A stretch of DNA of 60,047 nucleotides, counting the filler. It is 3 parts of 3 records of this genome, joined end to end, with 100 filler letters (N's around TTAATTAATTAA, not from the genome) between each part and the next. Parts side by side here need not be neighbours in the genome. Positions count along the whole stretch, not along the records: positions 32,723 to 60,047 come from SRR22947725_2621; 2 more parts are not named here. One strand, given 5' to 3'. A program made the position numbers and the translations under genes. Below, piece by piece: positions 51,265 through 60,047 of the stretch. Within the stretch, counting starts at the first letter, position 1; every line of letters starts with the position of its first letter. Under the pieces are notes generated by a model. The model saw nothing but the letters and a program-made list of their open reading frames with translations, did no database searches and was not told the origin of the DNA.

Positions 51265-52470
51265 TTAAGAGTTTTTATTTGAAGGAAGTGGAATACAACT
51301 CAGACCAGAAGTCCAAAGTTCTGCACAAACTGAACGAGCTTGATTTTCTGCTAACTCAACGAATCTTACACGCCATAAATATTGTAGATTATTATTAGTA
51401 CTAGATTTAGTTATCTTGCTTAAAGAAGCAGGCAGATTCCCCAGTTGCTCTGGTACAATGTTCCTGGCATTACGAGCAGCTTTATGAGCATTTAACCTGT
51501 TTTTAAAGGCGCCAATTTGTATAAACCAGTCCTCTTCTATATCATTTGGAATTATATTATTAATTATTTCAGGCGGTATCTTAAAATTCTTAATATTTTT
51601 TTCAGCCACCACAATTTTAGGGCGTGTTTTTGGTAGTTCTGACGGTTTTGCTATTCTAACGAGTGGTTTAGATAGGGTGGTTTTAAAGTACTTATTAAGT
51701 AGTGTAACCATATGCTTGTCTCTTGATCTTGCTTTTTTACCACCAAAAACAACACCAATAATTCTTTGTCCGTTTCGTTCTACGGAAGCTACAAGATTGA
51801 AACCAGAAGCATTAGTATAACCTGTTTTAATACCATCGGTTCCAGAATAACTACCTAATAAATTATTATGATTAGTATATTTAATACCTTTATAAATAAA
51901 AGATTTAGTTTTAAATAACTTAAAAAATTTAGGGTGATTTTTTCTAATTGCAATACCTAACGTTGCCATATCTCTTGCAGTAGATAGTTGTCCCCGGTTA
52001 GGTAACCCAGAAGCATTCCTAAATGTAGTACGTGTCATGCCTAATTTTTTAGCTTTTCTTGTCATTAATCTAGCAAAGTTTCTTTCTGATTTTCCTAAAT
52101 TTTCTGCAATAACTGTTGCGACGTCATTGGCGGATTTTGTTACTAAGGCAAGGATAGCGTTTTTTACGGTAATATTAGATCCAGCAGAAAGGTTTAGTTT
52201 AGAAGGAGGTTGTCTTGTAGCGCGTTTAGAAACTTTAAACTTACTATTCATTGATATTTTTTTTGATTTTAATGCATCAAATACTAAATATAAGGTCATA
52301 ATTTTAGTGAGAGAAGCAGGATAGTTACGGGTGTCGGCGTTTGCGTTATGATAGATTCTTTTAGTATTTTCGTTAATTATAAAAGAAGCGTACTTTGCAT
52401 GCGCTGATGAAACATAAATCATCCAAAATACAGGTAAAAAAGAAATTAATTTAACATAGTTTCGAAACAC
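51265..52470 (-). CDS. D-alanyl-D-alanine carboxypeptidase (S11) with C-terminal SPOR-like domain
   Basis: PASLTK (SxxK), SAN, KTG triad; C-terminal WFIQIGAF..C..C. Confidence 0.9.
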   Translation of the reverse strand: MFRNYVKLISFLPVFWMIYVSSAHAKYASFIINENTKRIYHNANADTRNYPASLTKIMTLYLVFDALKSKKISMNSKFKVSKRATRQPPSKLNLSAGSNITVKNAILALVTKSANDVATVIAENLGKSERNFARLMTRKAKKLGMTRTTFRNASGLPNRGQLSTARDMATLGIAIRKNHPKFFKLFKTKSFIYKGIKYTNHNNLLGSYSGTDGIKTGYTNASGFNLVASVERNGQRIIGVVFGGKKARSRDKHMVTLLNKYFKTTLSKPLVRIAKPSELPKTRPKIVVAEKNIKNFKIPPEIINNIIPNDIEEDWFIQIGAFKNRLNAHKAARNARNIVPEQLGNLPASLSKITKSSTNNNLQYLWRVRFVELAENQARSVCAELWTSGLSCIPLPSNKNS

Positions 52471-52644
52471 TTATTATATCCAACCATAAATTAAAATAAT
52501 TTATTAACATAAAAATCATTATTTGTAACTTAAAGTAAGCAAATATACACATTATATTGACAATTTTTTAAACAAATCACAATATTTAGTATAAAATCAT
52601 TTTATTATTTGTAACAATTAACTTTAAAAAATTATTAACTTAAA

Positions 52645-52673
52645 CTTGTTGAATGGTTATGCCGTTCTTATAT
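52645..52673 (+). promoter_or_regulatory. Putative RpoH (sigma32)-type promoter of clpSA
   Basis: CTTGTT-N16-CTTATAT resembles the alphaproteobacterial RpoH consensus CTTGAA-N15/16-CCTATAT. Confidence 0.45.
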
Positions 52674-52714
52674 CATTAACATAAGGTTAAACTCAAAAGA
52701 GTATTAAGAAATCA

Positions 52715-53107
52715 ATGGTTGATAATAAAATAAATTTAGATTTAACTCCTTTCGTGAAAGCAAGGTTATTATTTGTAATGAATAAAAATGACAATGAGAA
52801 TAAAAATGATGATGTAGAAGGGAATATTAAGTTAGCAACGGACCCTCGAACAAAAATACCAGCTCTTTATAGAGTATTAATGATGAATGATGATTATACT
52901 CCAATGGAGTTTGTTATTGAGGTGCTGGAGAAATTTTTTCAGAAAAATAGAGAAGAAGCTACGCAGATTATGCTTCATGTGCATCAGAGAGGTGTAGGGG
53001 TATGTGGTGTATATGCATACGATTTAGCTGAAACAAAAGCTATGCAAGTGATGAATTATGCTCGTAAATACGAACATCCTTTACAAGTTCAATTAGAAAA
53101 GGAATAA
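52715..53107 (+). CDS. clpS: Clp protease adaptor ClpS
   Basis: [29 protein letters not shown]; the true start may be ATG 52778. Confidence 0.95.
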   Translation: MVDNKINLDLTPFVKARLLFVMNKNDNENKNDDVEGNIKLATDPRTKIPALYRVLMMNDDYTPMEFVIEVLEKFFQKNREEATQIMLHVHQRGVGVCGVYAYDLAETKAMQVMNYARKYEHPLQVQLEKE

Positions 53108-53109
53108 AA

Positions 53110-55413
53110 ATGCTATCAAAATCGTTGGAAGAATCATTAAGGCGAGCAATGACAAATGCATCTTCGTTAAAGCATGAATTTGCAACGCTAGAACATTTAT
53201 TAAGTTCTTTGTTAGAAGACCAAGATGCCGTTGAAGTATTAAAAGCATGTTCCGTAAATATCAAAGTACTAGAAGAAGATTTAAACAAATATTTTAATGA
53301 AGAATTAAAAGCAATCATCTCGCCAGATGTTGATGTGGACACACAACCTACAGCTGGATTTCAGAGAGTTGTTCAGCGTGCAGTAATTCACACTCAATCT
53401 TCAGGAAGAAGTGAAGCTACTGGAGCTAATATTTTAGTTGCAATGTTTTCAGAAAGAGACTGTTATGCAGTGTATTTATTGCAAAAGCAAGATATGAAAC
53501 GTCTCGACGCAGTAAGTTTTATGAGCCATGGCTTAGCTAAAGATCCTAACTATTCAAAATCAAGTTCTTCTTCTGGAGTTGATGATAAAACAGAAAACTT
53601 AGAAAATAAAAAAGCTGAAAAAGCATTAGAAAAGTATGCTGTAAACTTGAATGAAAAAGCAGCCGAAGGGAAAATAGATCCCTTGATAGGAAGACAAACT
53701 GAATTAGATAGAACTATTCAGGTTTTATGTAGAAGGACAAAAAATAATCCTTTATTGGTAGGTGACCCTGGTGTTGGAAAAACGGCTATTGCTGAAGGTT
53801 TAGCAGACAAGGTTGTAAAAGGTAATGTACCAGATGTTTTGCTGAATTCTGAGATATATGCATTGGATATGGGAAGTTTGCTTGCTGGCACAAGGTATAG
53901 AGGAGACTTTGAGGAACGTCTCAAAGCTGTTATGAAAGAGGTTGAATTAAATGAAAATGCAATTTTATTTATAGATGAAATACACACTATAATTGGTGCA
54001 GGGGCCACCAGTGGTGGTGCAATGGATGCGTCTAATTTACTAAAACCAGCTCTTCAAAATGGTGGATTGAAATGTATAGGTTCAACCACTTATAAAGAAT
54101 ACAGAGGTTATTTCGATAAAGACAGAGCGTTAGTTAGAAGATTCCAAAAAATTGACGTTGCAGAACCCAATGTTGAGGATACCATTAAAATTTTGATGGG
54201 ATTAAAATCAAAATATGAAGAACATCATAAATTAAAATTTACTAATATAGCTATTAAGACAGCAGTTGAACTGTCTTCAAGATATATTAATGATAGAAAG
54301 TTACCAGATAAAGCCATTGACGTGATAGATGAAACAGCTGCTGCACAAATGCTAAAAGCTAAATCTAAAAGAAAAAAAATAATTGGAAAAACTGAAATTG
54401 AAGAAACTGTTGCATTGATTGCTAGAATTCCTCCTAGAAACGTGTCTACGGACGATAGAAAAGCGCTATCAAAGTTAGAAGATGATTTAAAAAGGATGGT
54501 GTATGGACAAGACAAAGCCGTTACTGAATTAGTCTCGAGTATTAAATTATCAAGAGCAGGGTTAAGAGAAGTTGAAAAACCTGTAGGCTCATACTTGTTT
54601 TCAGGTCCAACAGGAGTTGGAAAAACTGAAGTTGCAAGACAGTTAGCCGAAGCAACAGGAGTTAAACTCATAAGATTTGACATGTCTGAGTATATGGAGA
54701 GGCATACAGTTTCAAGGTTAATAGGGGCTCCTCCAGGGTATGTAGGCTTTGATCAGGGAGGACTTTTAACTGACGCTGTTGATCAAAACCCCCATTCAGT
54801 TCTTTTATTAGATGAAATTGAAAAAGCTCATCCTGATTTGTTCAACTTACTCTTACAAGTTATGGATCATGGTAAGCTTACCGATAACAATGGTAAATCG
54901 ATAGATTTTAGAAACACAATATTGATTATGACTACAAATGCAGGAGCTCAGGAACTTTCAAAAGCAGCGATTGGTTTTAAACAGGAAAATCGAGAAGGTG
55001 CTGATACTGAAGCGATTGATAAATTGTTTGCACCAGAATTTAGAAATAGATTAGACGCCATTATACCATTTGGATATTTACCTTTAGAGGTAGTTAGAAT
55101 GGTAGTTGATAAATTTATAATGCAACTAGAGGCACAATTATCTGAAAAAGGTGTGTCTGTTGTTTTAAGTGACAAAGCAAGAGACTGGTTGGCTTCAGAA
55201 GGTTATGATAAAACATTTGGAGCTAGGCCTTTAGGAAGAGTTATTCAAGAACATATTAAAAAACCATTAGCTGAAGAATTGTTATTTGGCAGGTTAGTTG
55301 ATGGTGGTATTGTTAATGTTGACTTTTTAAAAAATAAATTAGTTCTTAAAACAGAAGGACCAAATAATAAAGATAAAAAGAATAAAAACAAGGGGACACC
55401 TGAGTTAACATGA
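53110..55413 (+). CDS. clpA: ATP-dependent Clp protease ATP-binding subunit ClpA
   Basis: Two AAA+ modules (GDPGVGKT, GPTGVGKT), no coiled-coil middle domain, IGF ClpP-docking loop; follows clpS. Confidence 0.96.
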   Translation: MLSKSLEESLRRAMTNASSLKHEFATLEHLLSSLLEDQDAVEVLKACSVNIKVLEEDLNKYFNEELKAIISPDVDVDTQPTAGFQRVVQRAVIHTQSSGRSEATGANILVAMFSERDCYAVYLLQKQDMKRLDAVSFMSHGLAKDPNYSKSSSSSGVDDKTENLENKKAEKALEKYAVNLNEKAAEGKIDPLIGRQTELDRTIQVLCRRTKNNPLLVGDPGVGKTAIAEGLADKVVKGNVPDVLLNSEIYALDMGSLLAGTRYRGDFEERLKAVMKEVELNENAILFIDEIHTIIGAGATSGGAMDASNLLKPALQNGGLKCIGSTTYKEYRGYFDKDRALVRRFQKIDVAEPNVEDTIKILMGLKSKYEEHHKLKFTNIAIKTAVELSSRYINDRKLPDKAIDVIDETAAAQMLKAKSKRKKIIGKTEIEETVALIARIPPRNVSTDDRKALSKLEDDLKRMVYGQDKAVTELVSSIKLSRAGLREVEKPVGSYLFSGPTGVGKTEVARQLAEATGVKLIRFDMSEYMERHTVSRLIGAPPGYVGFDQGGLLTDAVDQNPHSVLLLDEIEKAHPDLFNLLLQVMDHGKLTDNNGKSIDFRNTILIMTTNAGAQELSKAAIGFKQENREGADTEAIDKLFAPEFRNRLDAIIPFGYLPLEVVRMVVDKFIMQLEAQLSEKGVSVVLSDKARDWLASEGYDKTFGARPLGRVIQEHIKKPLAEELLFGRLVDGGIVNVDFLKNKLVLKTEGPNNKDKKNKNKGTPELT

Positions 55414-55417
55414 TTTA

Positions 55418-56557
55418 TTAATTCGAATAAGGAGAACCTTTTTGATTAATAACCTCGATTTGTTTGTTGATTTCGTTTGCTTCCATTTCTACAAAACCTC
55501 TAATAGCCTTATCAAAGGAATCGTTTTGAATATAGTGAGCACTATATGTAGAAGTTGCAATATAACCTCTTTGTATTTTATGATGACCTTGAGCTCCAGC
55601 CTCAACTATTTGAATTTTATTTTCAATTGCATATTCAATGGCCTGATAGTAGCAAAGTTCAAAATGCAAGAAAGGTACGTCTAATTTTGATCCCCAATTC
55701 CTACCATATAAAGTATTCTCACCAACGAAATTCAATGCGCCAGCAATAATATCATTATTTTTCTTAGCTATGACTAATAAGATTTTGTTTTTCATACTTC
55801 GATTTATTGAGTAGAAAAAATCTTTTGTTAAATAAGCGCCTCCCCATTTTTTATCAATGGTACTTAAATAAAATTCATAAAAAGAGTCCCAGATCTTTAC
55901 ATTCAAAGCGTCTCCAGTTAAGCGTTCAATTGTTAGACCATATTCATTAATTTTTTTTCTTTCTTTTTTAATCGCTTTTCTTTTTGTGCTTTTTAATTCA
56001 TCCAAGAAATCATCAAATGATTGATATTTTTTATTATACCAGTGAAACTGAAGACCTTCCCTTTTTATCCAATTTCTTTTATTTAATGTATCACTTAGTT
56101 GTTTTGTAATAAAATTCATATGAGCTGAACTTAAATTATTATTTTTAACAAGTTGTTCGTATGTACAAATTATTAATTTAAATATTTCATCATTATTTTT
56201 TTTTTGAGGGCTTAACAAAATTCTTGGGCCCGTTGCGGGTGTGAAGGGTATAGCAGAAAGTAATTTTGGATAATACTGACCACCCGCATTTTCAAATGCA
56301 TTTGCCCAACTATGATCAAAAATATATTCACCATAAGAGTGCATCTTCAAATAATTAGGTGATGCCCCAATTAGATTATTAGCCGCATTTTTAACTAAAA
56401 TGTGTTTTGGCGTCCAACCAGTTTTTGTAGATACAGAGTCTGAAGTTTCTAGTGCATTCAAAAATTCATATGATGTAAATGGATGATTACTTATGTTTAA
56501 TTTATTCCATTGATTCTTATCAATATTGCTTAAGCTTGAGGCTAATTCAATTTTCAT
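55418..56557 (-). CDS. DUF482 / FemAB-like GNAT family protein
   Basis: HSYGEYIFDHSWA, YYPKL..PFTPATG, LYGRNWG, HFELCYYQAI, EAGAQGHHK..RGY. Confidence 0.9.
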   Translation of the reverse strand: MKIELASSLSNIDKNQWNKLNISNHPFTSYEFLNALETSDSVSTKTGWTPKHILVKNAANNLIGASPNYLKMHSYGEYIFDHSWANAFENAGGQYYPKLLSAIPFTPATGPRILLSPQKKNNDEIFKLIICTYEQLVKNNNLSSAHMNFITKQLSDTLNKRNWIKREGLQFHWYNKKYQSFDDFLDELKSTKRKAIKKERKKINEYGLTIERLTGDALNVKIWDSFYEFYLSTIDKKWGGAYLTKDFFYSINRSMKNKILLVIAKKNNDIIAGALNFVGENTLYGRNWGSKLDVPFLHFELCYYQAIEYAIENKIQIVEAGAQGHHKIQRGYIATSTYSAHYIQNDSFDKAIRGFVEMEANEINKQIEVINQKGSPYSN

Positions 56558-56581
56558 TGTTGAGTTTTGTATTTGTAAATC

Positions 56582-57052
56582 TTAATCTTCAATCTCAAAA
56601 ATACCATCAATCTCAACAGGAACATTTAATGGAAGAGCTGCTACACCTACTGCAAATCTAGAATGTTTACCTTTATCTCCAAAAATATTAACAATTAAGT
56701 CTGATGCACCATTTATTACCTTTGGCTGATCTGTAAAATTTGGAGCCGAGGCAACAAATCCACCCAACTTAACTACTTTATTAACCTTATCAAGATTACC
56801 ATTACAAGCAGCTTTCAGTTGGCTAAGAAGTGCTTTTGCGCATGCTTCAGACATTTTAACGGCATCATCAAGAGAAACATTATCACCTACCTTACCTTTT
56901 ATGGTCAATTTTCCATCTATAAAAGGTAATTGTCCTGATATAAATACTAAATTATTAGTAATTACATAGGGTACATAACTTCCAGCTGGTACGCTTGCAT
57001 CATCAAGTTCAATGTTTAATTCTTTTAATCTTTGGTCAATGATATTTGCCAT
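56582..57052 (-). CDS. RidA/YjgF family protein
   Basis: YVP, FISGQLP, NGASDL, GKHSRFAVG..LPLNVPVEID. Confidence 0.9.
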   Translation of the reverse strand: MANIIDQRLKELNIELDDASVPAGSYVPYVITNNLVFISGQLPFIDGKLTIKGKVGDNVSLDDAVKMSEACAKALLSQLKAACNGNLDKVNKVVKLGGFVASAPNFTDQPKVINGASDLIVNIFGDKGKHSRFAVGVAALPLNVPVEIDGIFEIED

Positions 57053-57064
57053 TTCGTTTCCTTT

Positions 57065-60046
57065 TTAAGAACAACCTGAAGTTGCACCACAGGTATTACA
57101 TTTCATACATGTTCCATTTCTAACTAGGGTGAAATTACCACATTCACCGCAAGCTTCACCCTCATAACCTTTTATTTTAGCTTCAATTTCTTGAGCTAGA
57201 TTAGGAGCTTGATTATTAATAACAACAGTATCCTCTTGATTAGGTTCACTTATTGTGTCTTCTTTTAGAGAGGTTGTTTGTGGCATCATTGTCACGTTAT
57301 TATTTCCACCTGATACAACCTTTAATTCTCTTCTAACAAAACCTCTACTAGCAACTTTCTCGGATATAAGATTTTTATGTCCCCCAGAACCAGTTGTACT
57401 TGATTCAAGGTCTTCAGGCCCAACATGACCCAAATCATTTCTATCAAGATAGGATATAGCAAGTTCTCTAAAAATATAATCAAGAATAGACGTTGACATT
57501 TTTATTGTATCATTTCCTGTAACCATACCCTGAGGCTCAAAACGTGTAAATGTGAAGGCCTCAACATACTCTTCTAACGGAACGCCGTACTGCAGACCAA
57601 TTGACACTGCAATTGCAAAGTTGTTCATTAATGATCTAAATGCTGCTCCCTCTTTATGCATATCAACAAAGATTTCCCCTAATTTACCACTTTCATATTC
57701 ACCAGTTCTCAAATAAACTTTATGTCCACCAACTGTAGCTTTTTGTGTGTACCCTTTCCTTCTGTGGGGCAGTTTATCTCTTTCAGTTTGTACAAATCGT
57801 TCAACGATTTTTTCAACCACTTGACTAGTTCTCTTAGTAATATCTTCTTCGTTGGTTATGTTATCATTATCTTCGTCAATATCATCTTCATCAAGTAAAG
57901 CTGAGTTCAAAGGCTGACTTAATTTTGAACCATCTCTATATAGTGCATTAGCTTTAATGCCAAGTTGCCAAGATAGCATATAAGCATCACTACAATCATC
58001 TATTGTGGCATCATTTGGCATATTAATTGTTTTCGAAATAGCACCAGATATAAAAGATTGTGCAGCTGCCATCATTTTTATATGGCTGTCAACTGACAAA
58101 AATCTTTTACCAATTCTTCCACAAACGTTTGCACAATCAAACACAGCTAAATGATCTTTATTTAAATGCGGTGCACCCTCCAATGTCATAGCACCACAAA
58201 CATGAATGTTCGCAACGTCTATCTCTTCTGAAGTAAATCCTAAAAACTCTAACATATTAAAAGTAAAATCATTCATTTGCTCTGAAGACATACCTAATTT
58301 TTCTTTACAAAACTCTGCTCCAAGGGTGAATTGGTTAAACACAAATTTAATATCAAATGCTGAAGCTAAAGAATCTTCAATCAAGTTAATTTCTTTTTCT
58401 GTAAAACCTTTAGAAATTAATGCATTATGGCTGATAGCTTGACAATCTTTTAAGCTGCCGGTACCTAATGCATATCTTTGCATGTCGTAGATTTGGTCTG
58501 CATTATATCCTAAATATGCAAGAGCTTCAGGTACAACACGATTTATTATTTTAAAATAGCCACCTCCTGCTAATTTTTTAAATTTAACCATGGCAAAATC
58601 TGGTTCAATGCCAGTAGTGTCGCAATCCATAACAAGCCCAATTGTACCAGTAGGAGCAATCACTGTAGCTTGGGCATTTCTATATCCATTTTTTTCACCA
58701 AGGGACAATGCTTTTGACCAAGCTTCTTTTGCTGCTACAATTAATTTTTGATCAGGGCAGTCTTGGGCCATTAAAGGAACTGGATTAATAGATAAGTCTT
58801 CATAATCTCTTGTTTTGCCTTCTGAAGCTCGTTTATGATTGCGTATTACTTTTAACATGTGTTTTGCATTTTCTTTATATTTAGGGAATGCTCCTAACTC
58901 GCCTGCTATTTCAGCAGAAGTTGCATATGATATACCTGTCATGATTGATGTTAGGGCTGCACAAATAGACCTACCTTCATCACTGTCATACGCAATCCCC
59001 CAAGACATCAATAATCCGCCTATATTTGCGTAACCTAATCCAAGTGTTCTATATTCATATGATCTTTGGGCAATTTCTTTAGATGGAAATTGTGCCATCA
59101 TTACGGATATTTCTAATGTTAGAGTCCACAATCTAGTTGTGTATTCATAGGCTTCTATATCAAAAGATGCATCATCTTTTTTAAACTGTAGTAGATTTAT
59201 AGAAGCTAAGTTGCATGCAGTGTCATCGATAAACATATACTCTGAGCAAGGGTTTGAAGCATTTATTCTTCCAGCTTCAGGGCAAGTGTGCCATTCGTTG
59301 ATAGTAGTATCGTATTGTAGTCCTGGATCAGCACAAGCCCAAGCTGCTTCGGATATTTTTGACCACAAATCAGCTGCCTCAATTGTTTTATGAACTCTAC
59401 CGTCAGTTCGTCTAATAAGGTCCCATTTAGATTTTTGTGACACTTTTTCTAAAAAGTCATTACTAACTCTAACAGAGTTATTGGAGTTTTGACCTGATAC
59501 TGTTAAGTAAGCTTCGCTATCCCAGTCCGTATCATATGTTTGAAATTCAATATCTTTAAATCCTTGCTTAGCAAATTGTATAACCCTTTGTATGTAATTT
59601 TCAGGAATCATTACAGCACGGCAATTTAATATAGCTTTTTTAAGTTCAATATTAATTTTAGGGTTTATTCGTTCTTCATCTTTATAGTTTGAGAGGTTAC
59701 ATGCATCCATTACAGATTTTAGATTTTTGCCAGTTAATTTTGAGCCAGCAACAAGTGCAGCAACTTTTTGTTCTTCAACTACCTTCCAATTGATATATTC
59801 TTCAATATCTGGATGATCTACATCTACTGTCACCATTTTAGCTGCTCTTCTTGTGGTGCCACCAGATTTAATTGCTCCTGCTGCTCGGTCTCCAATTCGT
59901 AAGAAACTCATCATTCCAGACGATCTTCCGCCTCCAGACAAGCCTTCAGTGCTACCTCTTAATTTAGAAAAATTTGTACCTGTACCTGAACCATACTTAA
60001 ATAACCTTGCCTCTCTTACCCATAGGTCCATTATTCCACCTTCATT
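57065..60046 (-). CDS. nrdJ: Vitamin B12-dependent (class II) ribonucleotide reductase, 5'-truncated
   Basis: NPCSEY catalytic motif, [33 protein letters not shown]-terminal domain with [12 protein letters not shown]; frame open to the window end. Confidence 0.95.
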   Translation of the reverse strand, partial: NEGGIMDLWVREARLFKYGSGTGTNFSKLRGSTEGLSGGGRSSGMMSFLRIGDRAAGAIKSGGTTRRAAKMVTVDVDHPDIEEYINWKVVEEQKVAALVAGSKLTGKNLKSVMDACNLSNYKDEERINPKINIELKKAILNCRAVMIPENYIQRVIQFAKQGFKDIEFQTYDTDWDSEAYLTVSGQNSNNSVRVSNDFLEKVSQKSKWDLIRRTDGRVHKTIEAADLWSKISEAAWACADPGLQYDTTINEWHTCPEAGRINASNPCSEYMFIDDTACNLASINLLQFKKDDASFDIEAYEYTTRLWTLTLEISVMMAQFPSKEIAQRSYEYRTLGLGYANIGGLLMSWGIAYDSDEGRSICAALTSIMTGISYATSAEIAGELGAFPKYKENAKHMLKVIRNHKRASEGKTRDYEDLSINPVPLMAQDCPDQKLIVAAKEAWSKALSLGEKNGYRNAQATVIAPTGTIGLVMDCDTTGIEPDFAMVKFKKLAGGGYFKIINRVVPEALAYLGYNADQIYDMQRYALGTGSLKDCQAISHNALISKGFTEKEINLIEDSLASAFDIKFVFNQFTLGAEFCKEKLGMSSEQMNDFTFNMLEFLGFTSEEIDVANIHVCGAMTLEGAPHLNKDHLAVFDCANVCGRIGKRFLSVDSHIKMMAAAQSFISGAISKTINMPNDATIDDCSDAYMLSWQLGIKANALYRDGSKLSQPLNSALLDEDDIDEDNDNITNEEDITKRTSQVVEKIVERFVQTERDKLPHRRKGYTQKATVGGHKVYLRTGEYESGKLGEIFVDMHKEGAAFRSLMNNFAIAVSIGLQYGVPLEEYVEAFTFTRFEPQGMVTGNDTIKMSTSILDYIFRELAISYLDRNDLGHVGPEDLESSTTGSGGHKNLISEKVASRGFVRRELKVVSGGNNNVTMMPQTTSLKEDTISEPNQEDTVVINNQAPNLAQEIEAKIKGYEGEACGECGNFTLVRNGTCMKCNTCGATSGCS

Positions 60047-60047
60047 A

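Noticed and set aside
679..59393. Many 60-150 aa ORFs antisense to or overlapping known genes
   Set aside because: They lie within well-supported housekeeping genes and show no motifs or RBS; treated as shadow ORFs.
21646..60046. Apparent B12 module linking cobN/cobO with B12-dependent nrdJ
   Set aside because: The genes are on different contigs from apparently different organisms, so the co-location is an artefact.
1..60047. CRISPR arrays, IS/transposases, integrases, prophage, retron or toxin-antitoxin systems
   Set aside because: I saw no repeat-spacer periodicity and no ORF with such motifs, and all intergenic gaps are under about 350 nt.

Overview
This window is not one contiguous genome segment. 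It contains three unrelated low-GC contigs joined by artificial 100-nt spacers (44 N + TTAATTAATTAA + 44 N) at 24572-24671 and 32623-32722. Contig A (1-24571) looks like a low-GC marine Rhodobacteraceae. It carries the 3' end of 23S rRNA, 5S rRNA and a terminator; a CDP-branched-deoxysugar glycosylation cluster; TSUP, trhO, SulP, arfB, a queuosine-precursor transporter, an aminotransferase, sseA, smpB, dapA, slt, DMT and MFS transporters, split mnmC, cobO and a truncated cobN. Contig B (24672-32622) is a very compact tRNA-tuf-rpmG-trnW-secE-nusG-rplKAJL-rpoB cluster from an FCB-group organism, probably Marinimicrobia/SAR406. Contig C (32723-60047) is from a different, non-Rhodobacteraceae alphaproteobacterium. 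It carries a helicase-hslR-fdxA-carD block, pip-xseB-ispA-dxs-tlyA, aroC, fabI, pdxH, SulP, umuDC with a LexA box, a D,D-carboxypeptidase, clpSA, a DUF482 GNAT, RidA and nrdJ. Most genes are housekeeping. The best leads are non-coding elements in contig A: a ~210-nt structured transcript with an 18-codon ORF and a terminator directly upstream of arfB, a compact preQ1-I-like riboswitch candidate over the yhhQ RBS, and a structured leader before sulP. The CDP-3-C-methyl/O-methyl deoxysugar pathway and an unusual Gly in the RpoB rifampicin pocket also merit a look. No CRISPR array, IS element, prophage or defence system was seen. Taxonomic and product calls come from recognising motifs and gene order; no database search was run.
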